A stretch of DNA of 32,710 nucleotides from Desulfurivibrionaceae bacterium. GTDB taxonomy: Bacteria; Desulfobacterota; Desulfobulbia; Desulfobulbales; JAGXFP01. The stretch's first letter is position 1. Every line of letters begins with the position of its first letter. Made by a program: the position numbers and the translations under genes. Under the pieces are notes generated by a model. It did not search any database. It saw only the letters and a program-made list of their open reading frames with translations, and was not told the origin of the DNA. The stretch is from the NCBI GenBank assembly GCA_046260555.1, contig JBHEOZ010000001.1, forward strand, positions 1-32,710. The letters are read 5' to 3'. Below, one piece after another: positions 8,124 through 16,558 of the stretch.

Positions 8124-8691
8124 ATATGTTTGTAATTTTGGATCTTGGGAATAGAGAAAAATCTCCCGGATCGGTGTTTGCCATTGTGTAGAAAATGGGT
8201 GAAACAGTCAAAACTAGTTTGGGGCGATTTTTCGTTAAGCCCGAAAAGTTATCAACAGCTGGAAATACCCCGCAGGGGGCGGAGTTGCGCAGGAGAATTT
8301 GCCTAACAGCCTATATTTGCATGGTTTTTTCGGGGTGCTTTGAAAAAGCATATGATTATGTGGGGTTATGAAGGGAAGTTATGGGGTTTACATGGGTAAG
8401 AAAATGTTTAAACGCAGTTTTACTCTTAATAGCTCACTTTTCCGTCAAATTGCTCCGTTTTTTGTTCAAGCTATTGAACTTGCATAGGAAATTTTTTTAA
8501 GGCGGTGAAAATAAAAAATTACTGACCGGGAAGCAGCAAAAACAGCGGGATGAAATCATCCAAACAGAGGTTTGCAGGTTAAGGAAAACCGGGGGATGCC
8601 ATGTTGCGGCATGCAATGGCGGAAGAGGGATTGCGGCCGGGAGATCAACGGGAGGCGGCGAAGTTCGGCCGGGGAATCCGGACCCCGGCGC
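8124..8691. promoter_or_regulatory. dnaA upstream non-coding region: dnaA promoter and candidate oriC
   Basis: A 568-bp gap that is visibly AT-richer than its flanks. It holds near-consensus DnaA boxes TGTGTAGAA (8185-8193) and TTATCAACA (8249-8257), spaced GTTATGRRGG-like repeats at 8355-8388, and an A/T tract at 8488-8524. The evidence is weak. Confidence 0.3.
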
Positions 8692-10041
8692 CTAGGAGGT
8701 TTTTTGGTAATAATCCTGTAAGTCACCTTCGATAAAGCGGTCGATTTTCCGCAGAGTACCATGATGCCCGGCAAATATTTCGCGGGACCCCGCTTTTTTT
8801 AACAAGAATTCGATATGGGGGGCGACCTGCTTCCACAGTTGGCGGCAGTATTCGGTATCGAGCTCGATAAGTTCTTCGGGGTGGGCGACCGCCTTTACTT
8901 TCAGACGGGAAAATTGAAATCTTGAAAAGAACAGGGTGAAGAGGGTGAGAACGCCGACCCCGCCGAGGCTCGGAATCAGCAGGTTGGCCCAGCCGGTTGT
9001 GCCGGACAGCAGTGAGGAAATCAGGGTCGTTTCCGGAAGGCCGGTGAATTCGCGGATTATAACATCCAGAAACAGGAAGACAAACAGGGCGGTGATCAGC
9101 GCCAGGCGGCCGGTTCTCCTCATGAGCTGCCTCCCTCGATGGCTGAAAGAGGCGAGGGCTTCAATCACCATCCGCAGTTCATGGGCCTGTTTGTCGATAT
9201 GCTGGAGAATATGGTTGACCCGCATTTTCGGGGCGGCCAGGATTTTTTCCTTTAATTCGGCGCGTTCGGTGGTCCATGCTGCCATGGATTCCGGGGCGCG
9301 GGAGAGGGTTGGCGAATAGGTCAGGAATATGCGGGGTATATCCTTGCGGCCGGTCATCTGGGAAAGATTCCAGCAGAGCGCCCCGTAGGAGCGGACCAGG
9401 TCGGCCGGGTTGTCGCATTCGTCGATACGGCTCATCACAAAGATAAGCCGATCCTCGCCGGAATTGCCGGGCAGGGTGGTCCTGATGGTTTCGTAGACCT
9501 CGCGGATGGTTCCGGCCTTATGGGGATCGAACATCAGCACCACCAGGTCGGCCAGTCTGGCCAGGTCGCCGATCACCCCGTTGTAGTTATAACCCCGGTC
9601 CTTTTCGGAAACAGCGTCCAGCATGCCGGGGCTGTCGATTATCGCCATGTCCTCCAGCTGGGGGGAATTGAACTGTTTCATCGAGAAATGTGCGGCGAAT
9701 TGTTCACCGTGTTTTTTGAAGGCGGTGAAGGGCAGGCGCTCGTCGTTGATCAGGCTTGAGCCGGGAGTCTCCCGGGGTTCCGCCCCTTTTTCCGGCGCGG
9801 TCAGAACGGTGAAGGAATCATCGGTCGGCGACTGACCGGTCCGCTGGATGTCGGTATCGAAGATTTCGTTGATCAGGGTCGATTTGCCCGAGGAAAAATT
9901 GCCCAGGATCAGAACCATGGATTTCCATTTAAGGGCCGGTTCCAGATAATCGACGCTCATGCTATAGCGGTTGAACAGCGGCGCCAGTTTGTCCATCGCC
10001 TTCTTCTGGATTTCAACCTGCAATTTCTGTGCTTCGGTCAT
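8692..10041 (-). CDS. dynamin-superfamily GTPase/ATPase, EHD-like, with C-terminal membrane hairpin
   Basis: 449 aa. P-loop GNFSSGKSTLIN and G3 motif IIDSPG. The run RGYNYNGVIGDLARLADLVVLMFDPHKA...FVMSRIDEC...LVRSYGALCWNLSQ parallels the EHD G-domain. Two hydrophobic helices lie near the C-terminus (LALITALFVFLFLDVII, LLIPSLGGVGVLTLFTLFF). Confidence 0.8.
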   Translation of the reverse strand: MTEAQKLQVEIQKKAMDKLAPLFNRYSMSVDYLEPALKWKSMVLILGNFSSGKSTLINEIFDTDIQRTGQSPTDDSFTVLTAPEKGAEPRETPGSSLINDERLPFTAFKKHGEQFAAHFSMKQFNSPQLEDMAIIDSPGMLDAVSEKDRGYNYNGVIGDLARLADLVVLMFDPHKAGTIREVYETIRTTLPGNSGEDRLIFVMSRIDECDNPADLVRSYGALCWNLSQMTGRKDIPRIFLTYSPTLSRAPESMAAWTTERAELKEKILAAPKMRVNHILQHIDKQAHELRMVIEALASFSHRGRQLMRRTGRLALITALFVFLFLDVIIREFTGLPETTLISSLLSGTTGWANLLIPSLGGVGVLTLFTLFFSRFQFSRLKVKAVAHPEELIELDTEYCRQLWKQVAPHIEFLLKKAGSREIFAGHHGTLRKIDRFIEGDLQDYYQKTS

Positions 10042-10237
10042 GGTTTCCCCTTTTCGCGCGGAGCCCGGGAGCGCCCGCTGCTAAGGTTAAGCTGGCGGCG
10101 GCCCGCCTGCGCTGCTGTGGCCGCTTGATCCGACGGTTTTTTTTAATCATATAACCTTTATCCTCCTTTTAAAAGGCTAAAAAAGCGGGGCCGGCATGCG
10201 CTTAAGAGTGAGAAAGGCGGCTACGCCAAGTAATTAG

Positions 10238-10266
10238 TTGACGCGCGCCGCAGCCTTTTCTATTAA
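10238..10266 (+). promoter_or_regulatory. candidate sigma70 promoter TTGACG-N17-TATTAA facing feoAB
   Basis: Hexamers at 10238-10243 and 10261-10266 are separated by a 17-nt spacer. This is a sequence-only prediction. Confidence 0.3.
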
Positions 10267-10274
10267 TGTATGTT

Positions 10275-10453
10275 TGATGGCGTCGCAAAAAATCCGATCT
10301 ACTGCGTCGTGGCGCATTTTTGCTCCTTCGGCATACCATATGTATGGCCTCAGTCACAAAAATACGCCCCGAAGGAAGTGCCCTTGGGGTGCACCACTCC
10401 TTATTTATTGAATTTTTTGCTTAGCCATACTGAGACTTTTTGCTAATTTGTCA
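10275..10453 (+). mobile_element. Family A MITE-like element, copy A3 (179 bp)
   Basis: Runs from TGATGGCGTCGCAAAAAA to TTTTGCTTAGCCATACTGAGACTTTTTGCTAATTTGTCA. The first ~100 bp of the core are near-identical to copy A4 (CCGATCTACTGCGTCGT.GCGCATTTTTG...GGCATACCATATGTATGGCC). Confidence 0.75.
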
Positions 10454-10463
10454 TGTTTGATCC

Positions 10464-10482
10464 GTTGATGTTAATAAACAAC
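10464..10482. promoter_or_regulatory. possible Fur box upstream of feoA
   Basis: GTTGATGTTAATAAACAAC matches 12 of 19 positions of GATAATGATAATCATTATC and is partly palindromic. feoAB is classically Fur-regulated. Confidence 0.3.
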
Positions 10483-10545
10483 GGGATGGTCACCGTCCGT
10501 CGCGGGCGGTCCGCCCGAAAGCGTGGAGGGAATGTGGGTCGTATA

Positions 10546-10782
10546 ATGCTCAGGAATATGGAAAAGGGCCAGTCCGGGACCATCACCGCGATTAAGGTGG
10601 CCGGGGATCTGGGCCGCAGGGTCAGGGAGATGGGGTTGGTGCCCGGCACCGCCATCAAGATTCAGGGTCGCGCCCCCCTCAACGATCCCGTCGCCTTAAG
10701 GGTAATGGGCGGGACCCTGACCTTGCGGAACAATGAAGCGGATTTTATCGAGGTCGAGGTCGAGGACTCGGAAGCCGGTTAG
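10546..10782 (+). CDS. feoA: ferrous iron transport protein A
   Basis: MLRNMEKGQSGTITAIKVAGDLGRRVREMGLVPGTAIKIQGRAPLNDPVALRVMGGTLTLRNNEADFIEV has the FeoA SH3-like pattern. The tracked ORF starts at 10453, inside repeat A3, so I prefer ATG 10546 (78 aa). Confidence 0.85.
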   Translation: MLRNMEKGQSGTITAIKVAGDLGRRVREMGLVPGTAIKIQGRAPLNDPVALRVMGGTLTLRNNEADFIEVEVEDSEAG

Positions 10783-10837
10783 TTCGAGCAGGACATCTTA
10801 AATTCAAATAAGCTCCGGAAATTGCAAGGAAAGTCAG

Positions 10838-13072
10838 ATGCCGAAAAGTTTCAAAATAGCCCTGGCCGGCAACCCCAACGCCGGTAAGACCACCCTCTTT
10901 AACCGCTTGACCGGAGCCCGGCAGCATGTCGGCAATTATCCCGGTGTTACGGTCGAGAAGAAGGAAGGGGTCTATAACAGCCCCTCAGGTGCCAGGGTCA
11001 ATATCGTCGATCTGCCGGGCACCTACTCGCTGACCGCCTATTCGGTCGAGGAGGTGGTCGCCCGCGACTTCCTGGTCCACGAGAAGCCCCGGGTGGTCAT
11101 CGATATCGCCGATGCCTCCAACCTGGAGCGCCACCTCTATCTGACCTGCCAGTTTCTGGAAATGGGCGTGCCGGTGGTAATCGCCCTGAACATGATCGAC
11201 GTGGCCCGGGACCGGGGCATTGCCATCGAAACCGGCAGACTCGCCGAGATGCTGGGGGTGCCGGTGATCCCGGTTTCGGCCCGGAGCGGCGAGGGGGTCG
11301 CTGAACTGATGCGGGTGGTCGAGGAGGTCGCCCGGGCCGATGAGGATTGGCGGCCGCTCCATATCGCCTACGGCGAGGATATCGACAACGCCATCCTCGA
11401 GATGGAAGAGCGGATCGCGGCCCACTCCTTCCTGGCCGAGCTCTACGCCCCCAGATGGCTGGCCCTGAAGTATCTGGAAAATGACGAGCAGATCGTCGCC
11501 AGGGGCAGGAGCTTCGCCGCCGAACACGGGCTCGGGGAGGTGGCGGAATACCTGGAGGGCAAGGTCGAGGCGGTCGGCAAACACCTGATGGCGACCATGG
11601 AAACCTACCCGGAGGCGATCGTCGCCGACCATCGCTACGGCTACATCAAGTCGATCCTGCGCCAGGGGGTTGTCACCCATACCCACGACGAAGACCGGCT
11701 CTACACCTCGGACCGGATCGACCGGGTCTTGACCAGCCGGGTCTTCGGGCCGCTGATCATGCTCGCCGTCCTCCTCGGCCTCTACCACTTCACCTTTACC
11801 TATAGCGAAGTGCCGGTCGGCTGGCTCGAATCCCTGTTCGGAACGGTTTCCGCTTTCCTCGACCGCCACATGGCGGAGGGCCACCTCAAATCCCTGGTTA
11901 TTTCGGGGATCATCGACGGGGTCGGCGGGGTGATGGGCTTTGTGCCGATCATCATGTTCATGTTCTTCGGGATCGCCATCCTGGAGGATACCGGCTATCT
12001 GGCCCGGGTCGCCTTCATGATGGACCGGGTCTTCCGGATCTTCGGTCTGCACGGCAGTTCGGTGATGGCCTATATCATCTCCGGCGGTATTGCCGGCGGC
12101 TGCGCGGTCCCCGGGGTCATGGCCACCAGGACCCTGCGTTCGCCCCGGGAAAGGATGGCGACCCTCTTGACCGCTCCCTTCATGAACTGCGGGGCCAAGC
12201 TGCCGGTCCTCGCCCTGATGATCGGCGCCTTTTTTTCGAGCAACCGGGCCCAGATCATGTTTCTCCTAACCCTGCTGGCCTGGGCGGTGGCCCTGCTCGT
12301 CGCCAAGTTCCTGCGCCTCACGGTCCTGAAAGGGGAGCCGACCCCCTTCGTCATGGAGCTGCCACCTTACCGTTTCCCGACCTTCCGGGGCTTGGCCATC
12401 CATACCTGGGAGAAGACCTGGCAGTATATCCGCAAGGCGGCGACCGTGATCCTCGGCGCCTCGATCCTGATCTGGGCGACAATGACCTTCCCCGGCCTGC
12501 CCGAGGCGCAAAAGGCGGATTTCCAGGAGCAGCGCCTGGAGGTGGTGGCGGATTATCTCGGTCCGGAAGCGGCGGCGGCCGATGATCCGGCTGAGGCCGA
12601 ATTCCCGCCGGAATTAACCGCCGGTCTCGCGGCAATCGAGGCGGCCCGGGCCGAAGAGGCCCTGCTCCACTCCCTGGCCGGCCGGGTCGGCAGCGGCCTC
12701 GAAAAGATCAGCTGGCTGGCCGGTTTCGACTGGCGGACCAATATCGCCCTGGTCGGCGGTTTCGCCGCCAAGGAGGTGATTATTTCGACCCTGGGCACAG
12801 CCTATTCCCTCGGCGAAGTCGCGCCCGAAGAGGGGGATACCTCCCTCTCCAGGACCCTGTCCAATGATCCCGGCTGGAGCAAGATCAAGGCCTTCAGCCT
12901 GATCCTCTTCGTCATGTTCTACTCGCCCTGTTTCGTGACCGTGGTCTGCATCATCAAGGAAGCCGGCTCCTGGAAATGGGGGGCCTTTTCAATGGCCTTC
13001 AACACGGTGTTCGCCTTTCTGCTGGCCACCGGGGTCTATCAGCTCGGCCGGGCCTTAGGCCTGGGCGGTTGA
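10838..13072 (+). CDS. feoB: ferrous iron transporter B
   Basis: 744 aa. The N-terminal G-domain is IALAGNPNAGKTTLFNRLTG...VDLPGTYSL...ALNMIDVA, followed by a polytopic membrane domain. AAGGAAAG lies upstream of the ATG. Confidence 0.96.
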   Translation: MPKSFKIALAGNPNAGKTTLFNRLTGARQHVGNYPGVTVEKKEGVYNSPSGARVNIVDLPGTYSLTAYSVEEVVARDFLVHEKPRVVIDIADASNLERHLYLTCQFLEMGVPVVIALNMIDVARDRGIAIETGRLAEMLGVPVIPVSARSGEGVAELMRVVEEVARADEDWRPLHIAYGEDIDNAILEMEERIAAHSFLAELYAPRWLALKYLENDEQIVARGRSFAAEHGLGEVAEYLEGKVEAVGKHLMATMETYPEAIVADHRYGYIKSILRQGVVTHTHDEDRLYTSDRIDRVLTSRVFGPLIMLAVLLGLYHFTFTYSEVPVGWLESLFGTVSAFLDRHMAEGHLKSLVISGIIDGVGGVMGFVPIIMFMFFGIAILEDTGYLARVAFMMDRVFRIFGLHGSSVMAYIISGGIAGGCAVPGVMATRTLRSPRERMATLLTAPFMNCGAKLPVLALMIGAFFSSNRAQIMFLLTLLAWAVALLVAKFLRLTVLKGEPTPFVMELPPYRFPTFRGLAIHTWEKTWQYIRKAATVILGASILIWATMTFPGLPEAQKADFQEQRLEVVADYLGPEAAAADDPAEAEFPPELTAGLAAIEAARAEEALLHSLAGRVGSGLEKISWLAGFDWRTNIALVGGFAAKEVIISTLGTAYSLGEVAPEEGDTSLSRTLSNDPGWSKIKAFSLILFVMFYSPCFVTVVCIIKEAGSWKWGAFSMAFNTVFAFLLATGVYQLGRALGLGG

Positions 13073-13107
13073 AATGGATGCAAACCTAAACATACCGGAG
13101 CCGGACC

Positions 13108-14373
13108 ATGTTTAATCTCCTCGAGAAATGGCTCGCGGCCCATCAAATCAGCGAGCCGCTGGTAAACCTGACCGTTCACGGCGCCATGTGGCTGACCGTG
13201 ATCCTGGCGACCCTGCTGGCGGCCAGGGTTTTCAACCGTTTCCTGATCCCCCTGGTGGAGAGAGGGGTGCACCGCAGCAGTAACCGCTGGGACGACACCC
13301 TGGTCAACCATAAATTCTTCCGCCGGGTGGGCGCCGCCGTTCCCCTGATCGCCGCGATCATCATTATTGACCTGCTCTTTCCGGACCGGCCCGCGACCGC
13401 CGAGATAATCAGGCGGCTGGTCCTGGTCTTCCTGGTCATGATGGGGGTGAGGATTTTCAACAGCTTCCTGAACGCGGCCCTGCAAGTCTACAATTCCTCG
13501 ACTATCGCCGAGGACCTGCCCCTCCGGGGCTATGTCCAGGTCTTCAATATCTTCCTCTGGGCGATGGCGGCGATCTTCGCGGCGGCCCTGCTGGCCGACC
13601 GGTCGCCCTGGGGGATCATGAGCGTCCTCGGCGGCCTGACCGCCGTTCTCCTCCTGATTTTCAAGGACACCATCCTCGGTTTCGTGGCCAGCCTGCAGAT
13701 CTCGGCCAACAACATGGTCCGGATCGGCGACTGGATCGAGATGCCAGATTTCGGCGCCGACGGCGATGTGATCGATGTCTCGATCCACACGGTCAAGGTT
13801 AGAAACTGGGACAAGACGATCACCACCGTCCCCACCTATGCCCTGGTCTCCCATTCCTTCAAAAACTGGCGGGGCATGCAGGAGTCGGGTGGTCGGAGGA
13901 TCAAGCGGGCCGTCTATATCGATATGAACTCGATCCGTTTCTGCGACGAGGAGATGCTGGCCCGGTTCGGCAAATTCGAAGTTCTCAAGGATTATCTCGC
14001 CGCCAAGCAGGCCGAAATCGATAAGTACAACCGGGAACACAACTGCGATCTCGATTCCTGCCAGGTCAACGGCCGGCGGCAGACCAATATCGGGGTGTTC
14101 CGGGCCTATCTCCTAGCCACTCTGCGGAACAATCCCAAGATCCACCAGGAGATGACCTTCCTGGTCCGCCATCTAGACCCGACTCCCCAAGGGTTGCCGG
14201 TCGAGATCTACGTCTTCAGCAAGGACCAGGTCTGGGCCAATTACGAGGCGATTCAGGCCGATATCTTCGACCACGTCCTGGCGGCCCTGCCGGTCTTCGA
14301 TCTCCGGGTCTTCCAGTACCCTTCCGGCCGCGATCTGGCCGGCCTGAACCGCCGGCTCCAGGAGGCGGATTGA
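13108..14373 (+). CDS. ybdG: MscS-family mechanosensitive channel (YbdG/MscM type)
   Basis: 421 aa. IFKDTILGFVASLQISANNMVRIGDWIEMPDFGADGDVIDVSIHTVKVRNWDKTITTVPTYALVSHSFKNWRGM...GGRRIKR closely parallels E. coli YbdG as I recall it. Confidence 0.9.
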   Translation: MFNLLEKWLAAHQISEPLVNLTVHGAMWLTVILATLLAARVFNRFLIPLVERGVHRSSNRWDDTLVNHKFFRRVGAAVPLIAAIIIIDLLFPDRPATAEIIRRLVLVFLVMMGVRIFNSFLNAALQVYNSSTIAEDLPLRGYVQVFNIFLWAMAAIFAAALLADRSPWGIMSVLGGLTAVLLLIFKDTILGFVASLQISANNMVRIGDWIEMPDFGADGDVIDVSIHTVKVRNWDKTITTVPTYALVSHSFKNWRGMQESGGRRIKRAVYIDMNSIRFCDEEMLARFGKFEVLKDYLAAKQAEIDKYNREHNCDLDSCQVNGRRQTNIGVFRAYLLATLRNNPKIHQEMTFLVRHLDPTPQGLPVEIYVFSKDQVWANYEAIQADIFDHVLAALPVFDLRVFQYPSGRDLAGLNRRLQEAD

Positions 14374-14401
14374 GAAAAGCGGCAAAGAGGCGGAAAATTA
14401 T

Positions 14402-14429
14402 TTGGACTTGATGAATCGGGGATTATAAG
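14402..14429 (+). promoter_or_regulatory. candidate sigma70 promoter TTGGAC-N16-TATAAG for tRNA-Arg
   Basis: Hexamers at 14402-14407 and 14424-14429. The tRNA starts 23 nt downstream of the -10 element. Confidence 0.4.
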
Positions 14430-14451
14430 TTATTAAGTGTCCTTCCATATC

Positions 14452-14528
14452 GCACCCGTAGCTCAGCTGGATAGAGTACCTGACTACGAATCAGGCGGTC
14501 GCCCGTTCGAATCGGGCCGGGTGCTCCA
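14452..14528 (+). tRNA. tRNA-Arg (anticodon ACG), CCA encoded
   Basis: GCACCCGTAGCTCAGCTGGATAGAGTACCTGACTACGAATCAGGCGGTCGCCCGTTCGAATCGGGCCGGGTGCTCCA. It folds as a cloverleaf with acceptor GCACCCG/CGGGTGC, anticodon stem CCTGA/TCAGG with loop CTACGAA, and T arm GCCCG-TTCGAAT-CGGGC. Confidence 0.96.
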
Positions 14529-14536
14529 GAAAACTC

Positions 14537-14569
14537 AAGGACTTACGCGAAAGTGTAGGTCCTTTTTTT
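14537..14569 (+). terminator. rho-independent terminator after tRNA-Arg
   Basis: AAGGAC-T-TACGC-GAAA-GTGTA-G-GTCCTT followed by TTTTTA. Confidence 0.7.
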
Positions 14570-14985
14570 ATGGTTTTTTGCGAATTCCGAAAAAGTCTTC
14601 TTCCTCACTGATCCAATCTGCCTGTGGAGGATACGGAAGAGCGATATCTTAATCAAAAATGACTTGTCAGGGATATTTCCATGAATTAGCTTGCCGAATA
14701 TGGCTGATTGCAAGGGTATGTTTCCTGAGTCCTGTCTCAACATGCCATAAATCCTGTCATGTCCTGCTTTTAGCTCAGGTGGTGCACTTTGAACTTGAAT
14801 CTACCATCAAGTGGTACAACAGATTGCGTGGCTTGGTGGCGAGACTACTCAAGATGTTTGAGGGGTAGATTTTTTTCTTCCGGATCATTATGAGCAGATG
14901 ATCCAGGCCGAATTTTGAACCTTCGAGCGCGTGTGCCTCAGGTTCGAAAAATATCATAAAAAATCGAAATGAAAGCAGGAATTTT

Positions 14986-15963
14986 ATGGCACTACCCTTT
15001 ATCGCTGTAGTTTTTGGTTTAGTTTTTCTGGTTTGGAGCGCCGACCGTTTTGTGGAGGGTTCGGCCTCCACCGCCCGCTATTTCGGCATGCCGCCGCTGT
15101 TGATCGGCATGGTGGTCGTCGGGTTCGGTACCTCCGCGCCGGAGATGGTGGTGTCGGCGCTGGCCGCATCGCAGGGCAATCCGGGGATCGCTCTTGGCAA
15201 CGCCTACGGCTCGAACATCACCAACATTGCTTTGATTCTGGGAGTGACGGCTTTGATCAGCCCTATAGCAGTTCATTCGCAGGTATTGTGCAAGGAGCTT
15301 CCCATTCTCACGGTCGTGACCGCTCTGGCGGCGTGGCAGATCTGGGATGGTGGGATATCCCGCCTTGATGCCGTGGTGCTGCTTGGCGTCTTCGCGGTGG
15401 TGATGGCCTGGACCATCTGGCAGGGCATGCGGCAAAAAGCGGATGCGCTGGGAAGCGAGATGGAGAAGGAGCTGGAAAATCGCGCCCTGCCCATCCGCAG
15501 GGCGGTCTTCTGGCTGGTGGTGGGTCTGGCGCTTTTGGTTGTCAGCTCCCGCATCCTGGTCTGGGGCGCGGTGGAAATCGCCCATGGCTTCGGGGTCAGC
15601 GACCTGATCATCGGCCTGACCATCGTCGCGGTGGGCACCTCGCTGCCGGAACTGGCTTCGTCAATCATAGCCGCCAGGAAGGGCGAACACGATATCGCTC
15701 TCGGCAATATCCTGGGTTCCAACTTGTTCAACACCCTGGCCGTGGTGGGCATCGCTGGTGCGATTCACCCGCTGGCCGTTGGGCCGGAGGTCTTCAATCG
15801 GGATATGCTGGTCATGGCCGCGTTGACTCTGTCGCTGTTCGTTATCGGCTATGGGTTTCGTGGGGCTGGCCGCATCAACCGCATCGAGGGATCGATGCTG
15901 CTGGCCTGTTACGTGGGCTATACGGCTTACCTGGCCAGTACGATTTTCGGCCAGCAGGCATAG
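14986..15963 (+). CDS. yrbG: Ca2+/Na+ antiporter family (CaCA) inner-membrane protein, YrbG type
   Basis: 325 aa. There are two alpha-repeat motifs, GTSAPEMVVS and GTSLPELASS. The N-terminus is LVWSADRFVEGS, and the layout is colinear with E. coli YrbG as recalled. Confidence 0.9.
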   Translation: MALPFIAVVFGLVFLVWSADRFVEGSASTARYFGMPPLLIGMVVVGFGTSAPEMVVSALAASQGNPGIALGNAYGSNITNIALILGVTALISPIAVHSQVLCKELPILTVVTALAAWQIWDGGISRLDAVVLLGVFAVVMAWTIWQGMRQKADALGSEMEKELENRALPIRRAVFWLVVGLALLVVSSRILVWGAVEIAHGFGVSDLIIGLTIVAVGTSLPELASSIIAARKGEHDIALGNILGSNLFNTLAVVGIAGAIHPLAVGPEVFNRDMLVMAALTLSLFVIGYGFRGAGRINRIEGSMLLACYVGYTAYLASTIFGQQA

Positions 15964-16010
15964 TCCAACTCGATTCCCTGTAAACTTGGGGAGTTCCGGG
16001 GACACCACCC

Positions 16011-16085
16011 ATATCAGGAAAGTATCTGATAGGAATTTACTGGATGATGGATCGGGAAGGGATCACGGGAGTAAGGTCGAAAGCG
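16011..16085 (+). repeat. 75-bp direct repeat, copy DR1
   Basis: ATATCAGGAAAGTATCTGATAGGAATTTACTGGATGATGGATCGGGAAGGGATCACGGGAGTAAGGTCGAAAGCG matches 16651-16726 at roughly 85 percent by eye, with one 1-nt indel. Confidence 0.85.
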
Positions 16086-16558
16086 CGTTCGAATCGGGGC
16101 GGGTGCATAAAGACCTTGTTGATACTTGCCAGGAAACCATTTGCGATTTTCCCGATTTGGACCATTCCCAGCTTCCTTAAAACATCATGTTCGTATAAGC
16201 CTACATAGATAAAGTTCCTCGCTACCTGTTTCAGGGTCAGGCCCAAGTCGGTGGAAATTTTTTCTAATTTGGCTTTTACGTCTTCCCTGATAATCACGCT
16301 TATATTTACTTCTTTGGATGGTCCGGGCTCTTCGATTTTAATCCGCGAAGTATCCGCTTTTGTGGAGATATTGAAAAGGTCGAGGTTTATCCGTTTCAGA
16401 TCTGACAGGATTCGATAATCTTCCAGGGCGCTGTAGATTATATTGCGGACATATTGGGACAGGGACAAGCCTGTTTCATGCGAGCACTTTTCGAGAAGTG
16501 TTTTGATCCTCTCGTCAAGCTTGACGGTTATGGTGATATTTTTATGGCCTTTTGGCAT
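16037..16558 (-). CDS. tandem ribbon-helix-helix (CopG/Arc/MetJ-type) DNA-binding protein
   Basis: 173 aa with two internal RHH units: ITITVKLDERIKTLLEKCSHETGLSLSQYVRNIIYSAL and NISVIIREDVKAKLEKISTDLGLTLKQVARNFIYVGL. The last 23 codons (MHPPRFERAFDLTPVIPSRSIIQ) are encoded by DR1 plus the tRNA-like fragment. Confidence 0.7.
   Translation of the reverse strand: MPKGHKNITITVKLDERIKTLLEKCSHETGLSLSQYVRNIIYSALEDYRILSDLKRINLDLFNISTKADTSRIKIEEPGPSKEVNISVIIREDVKAKLEKISTDLGLTLKQVARNFIYVGLYEHDVLRKLGMVQIGKIANGFLASINKVFMHPPRFERAFDLTPVIPSRSIIQ
16086..16106 (+). other. duplicate of the 3' end of tRNA-Arg (att-like site)
   Basis: CGTTCGAATCGGGGCGGGTGC matches tRNA positions 14504-14524 (CGTTCGAATCGGGCCGGGTGC) at 20 of 21 positions, in the same orientation. 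Confidence 0.75.

Noticed and set aside
8392-8487. 31-codon ORF (MGKKMFKRSFTLNSSLF...) upstream of dnaA as a possible rpmH (L34).
   Set aside because: Only a vague KR.F resemblance. It lacks the Arg/Lys-rich L34 pattern (..HGFR.RM..) and has no convincing RBS.
10985-12052. 355-aa minus-strand ORF inside feoB. Similar long antisense ORFs occur at 13039-14040 in ybdG, 28865-30406 in clpB, 25651-26754 in metX, 22906-23736 in cysK, 1728-2480 in the M48 gene and 3257-3874 in cobO.
   Set aside because: Each lies fully antisense to a gene with unmistakable family motifs. The translations are low-complexity (Gly/Pro/Arg/Asp/His-rich) with no recognisable domains. Long stop-free antisense frames are expected in GC-rich coding DNA.
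14437-14652. 71-aa plus-strand ORF overlapping tRNA-Arg.
   Set aside because: It reads straight through the tRNA gene and its terminator, so it is an artefact of ORF calling.
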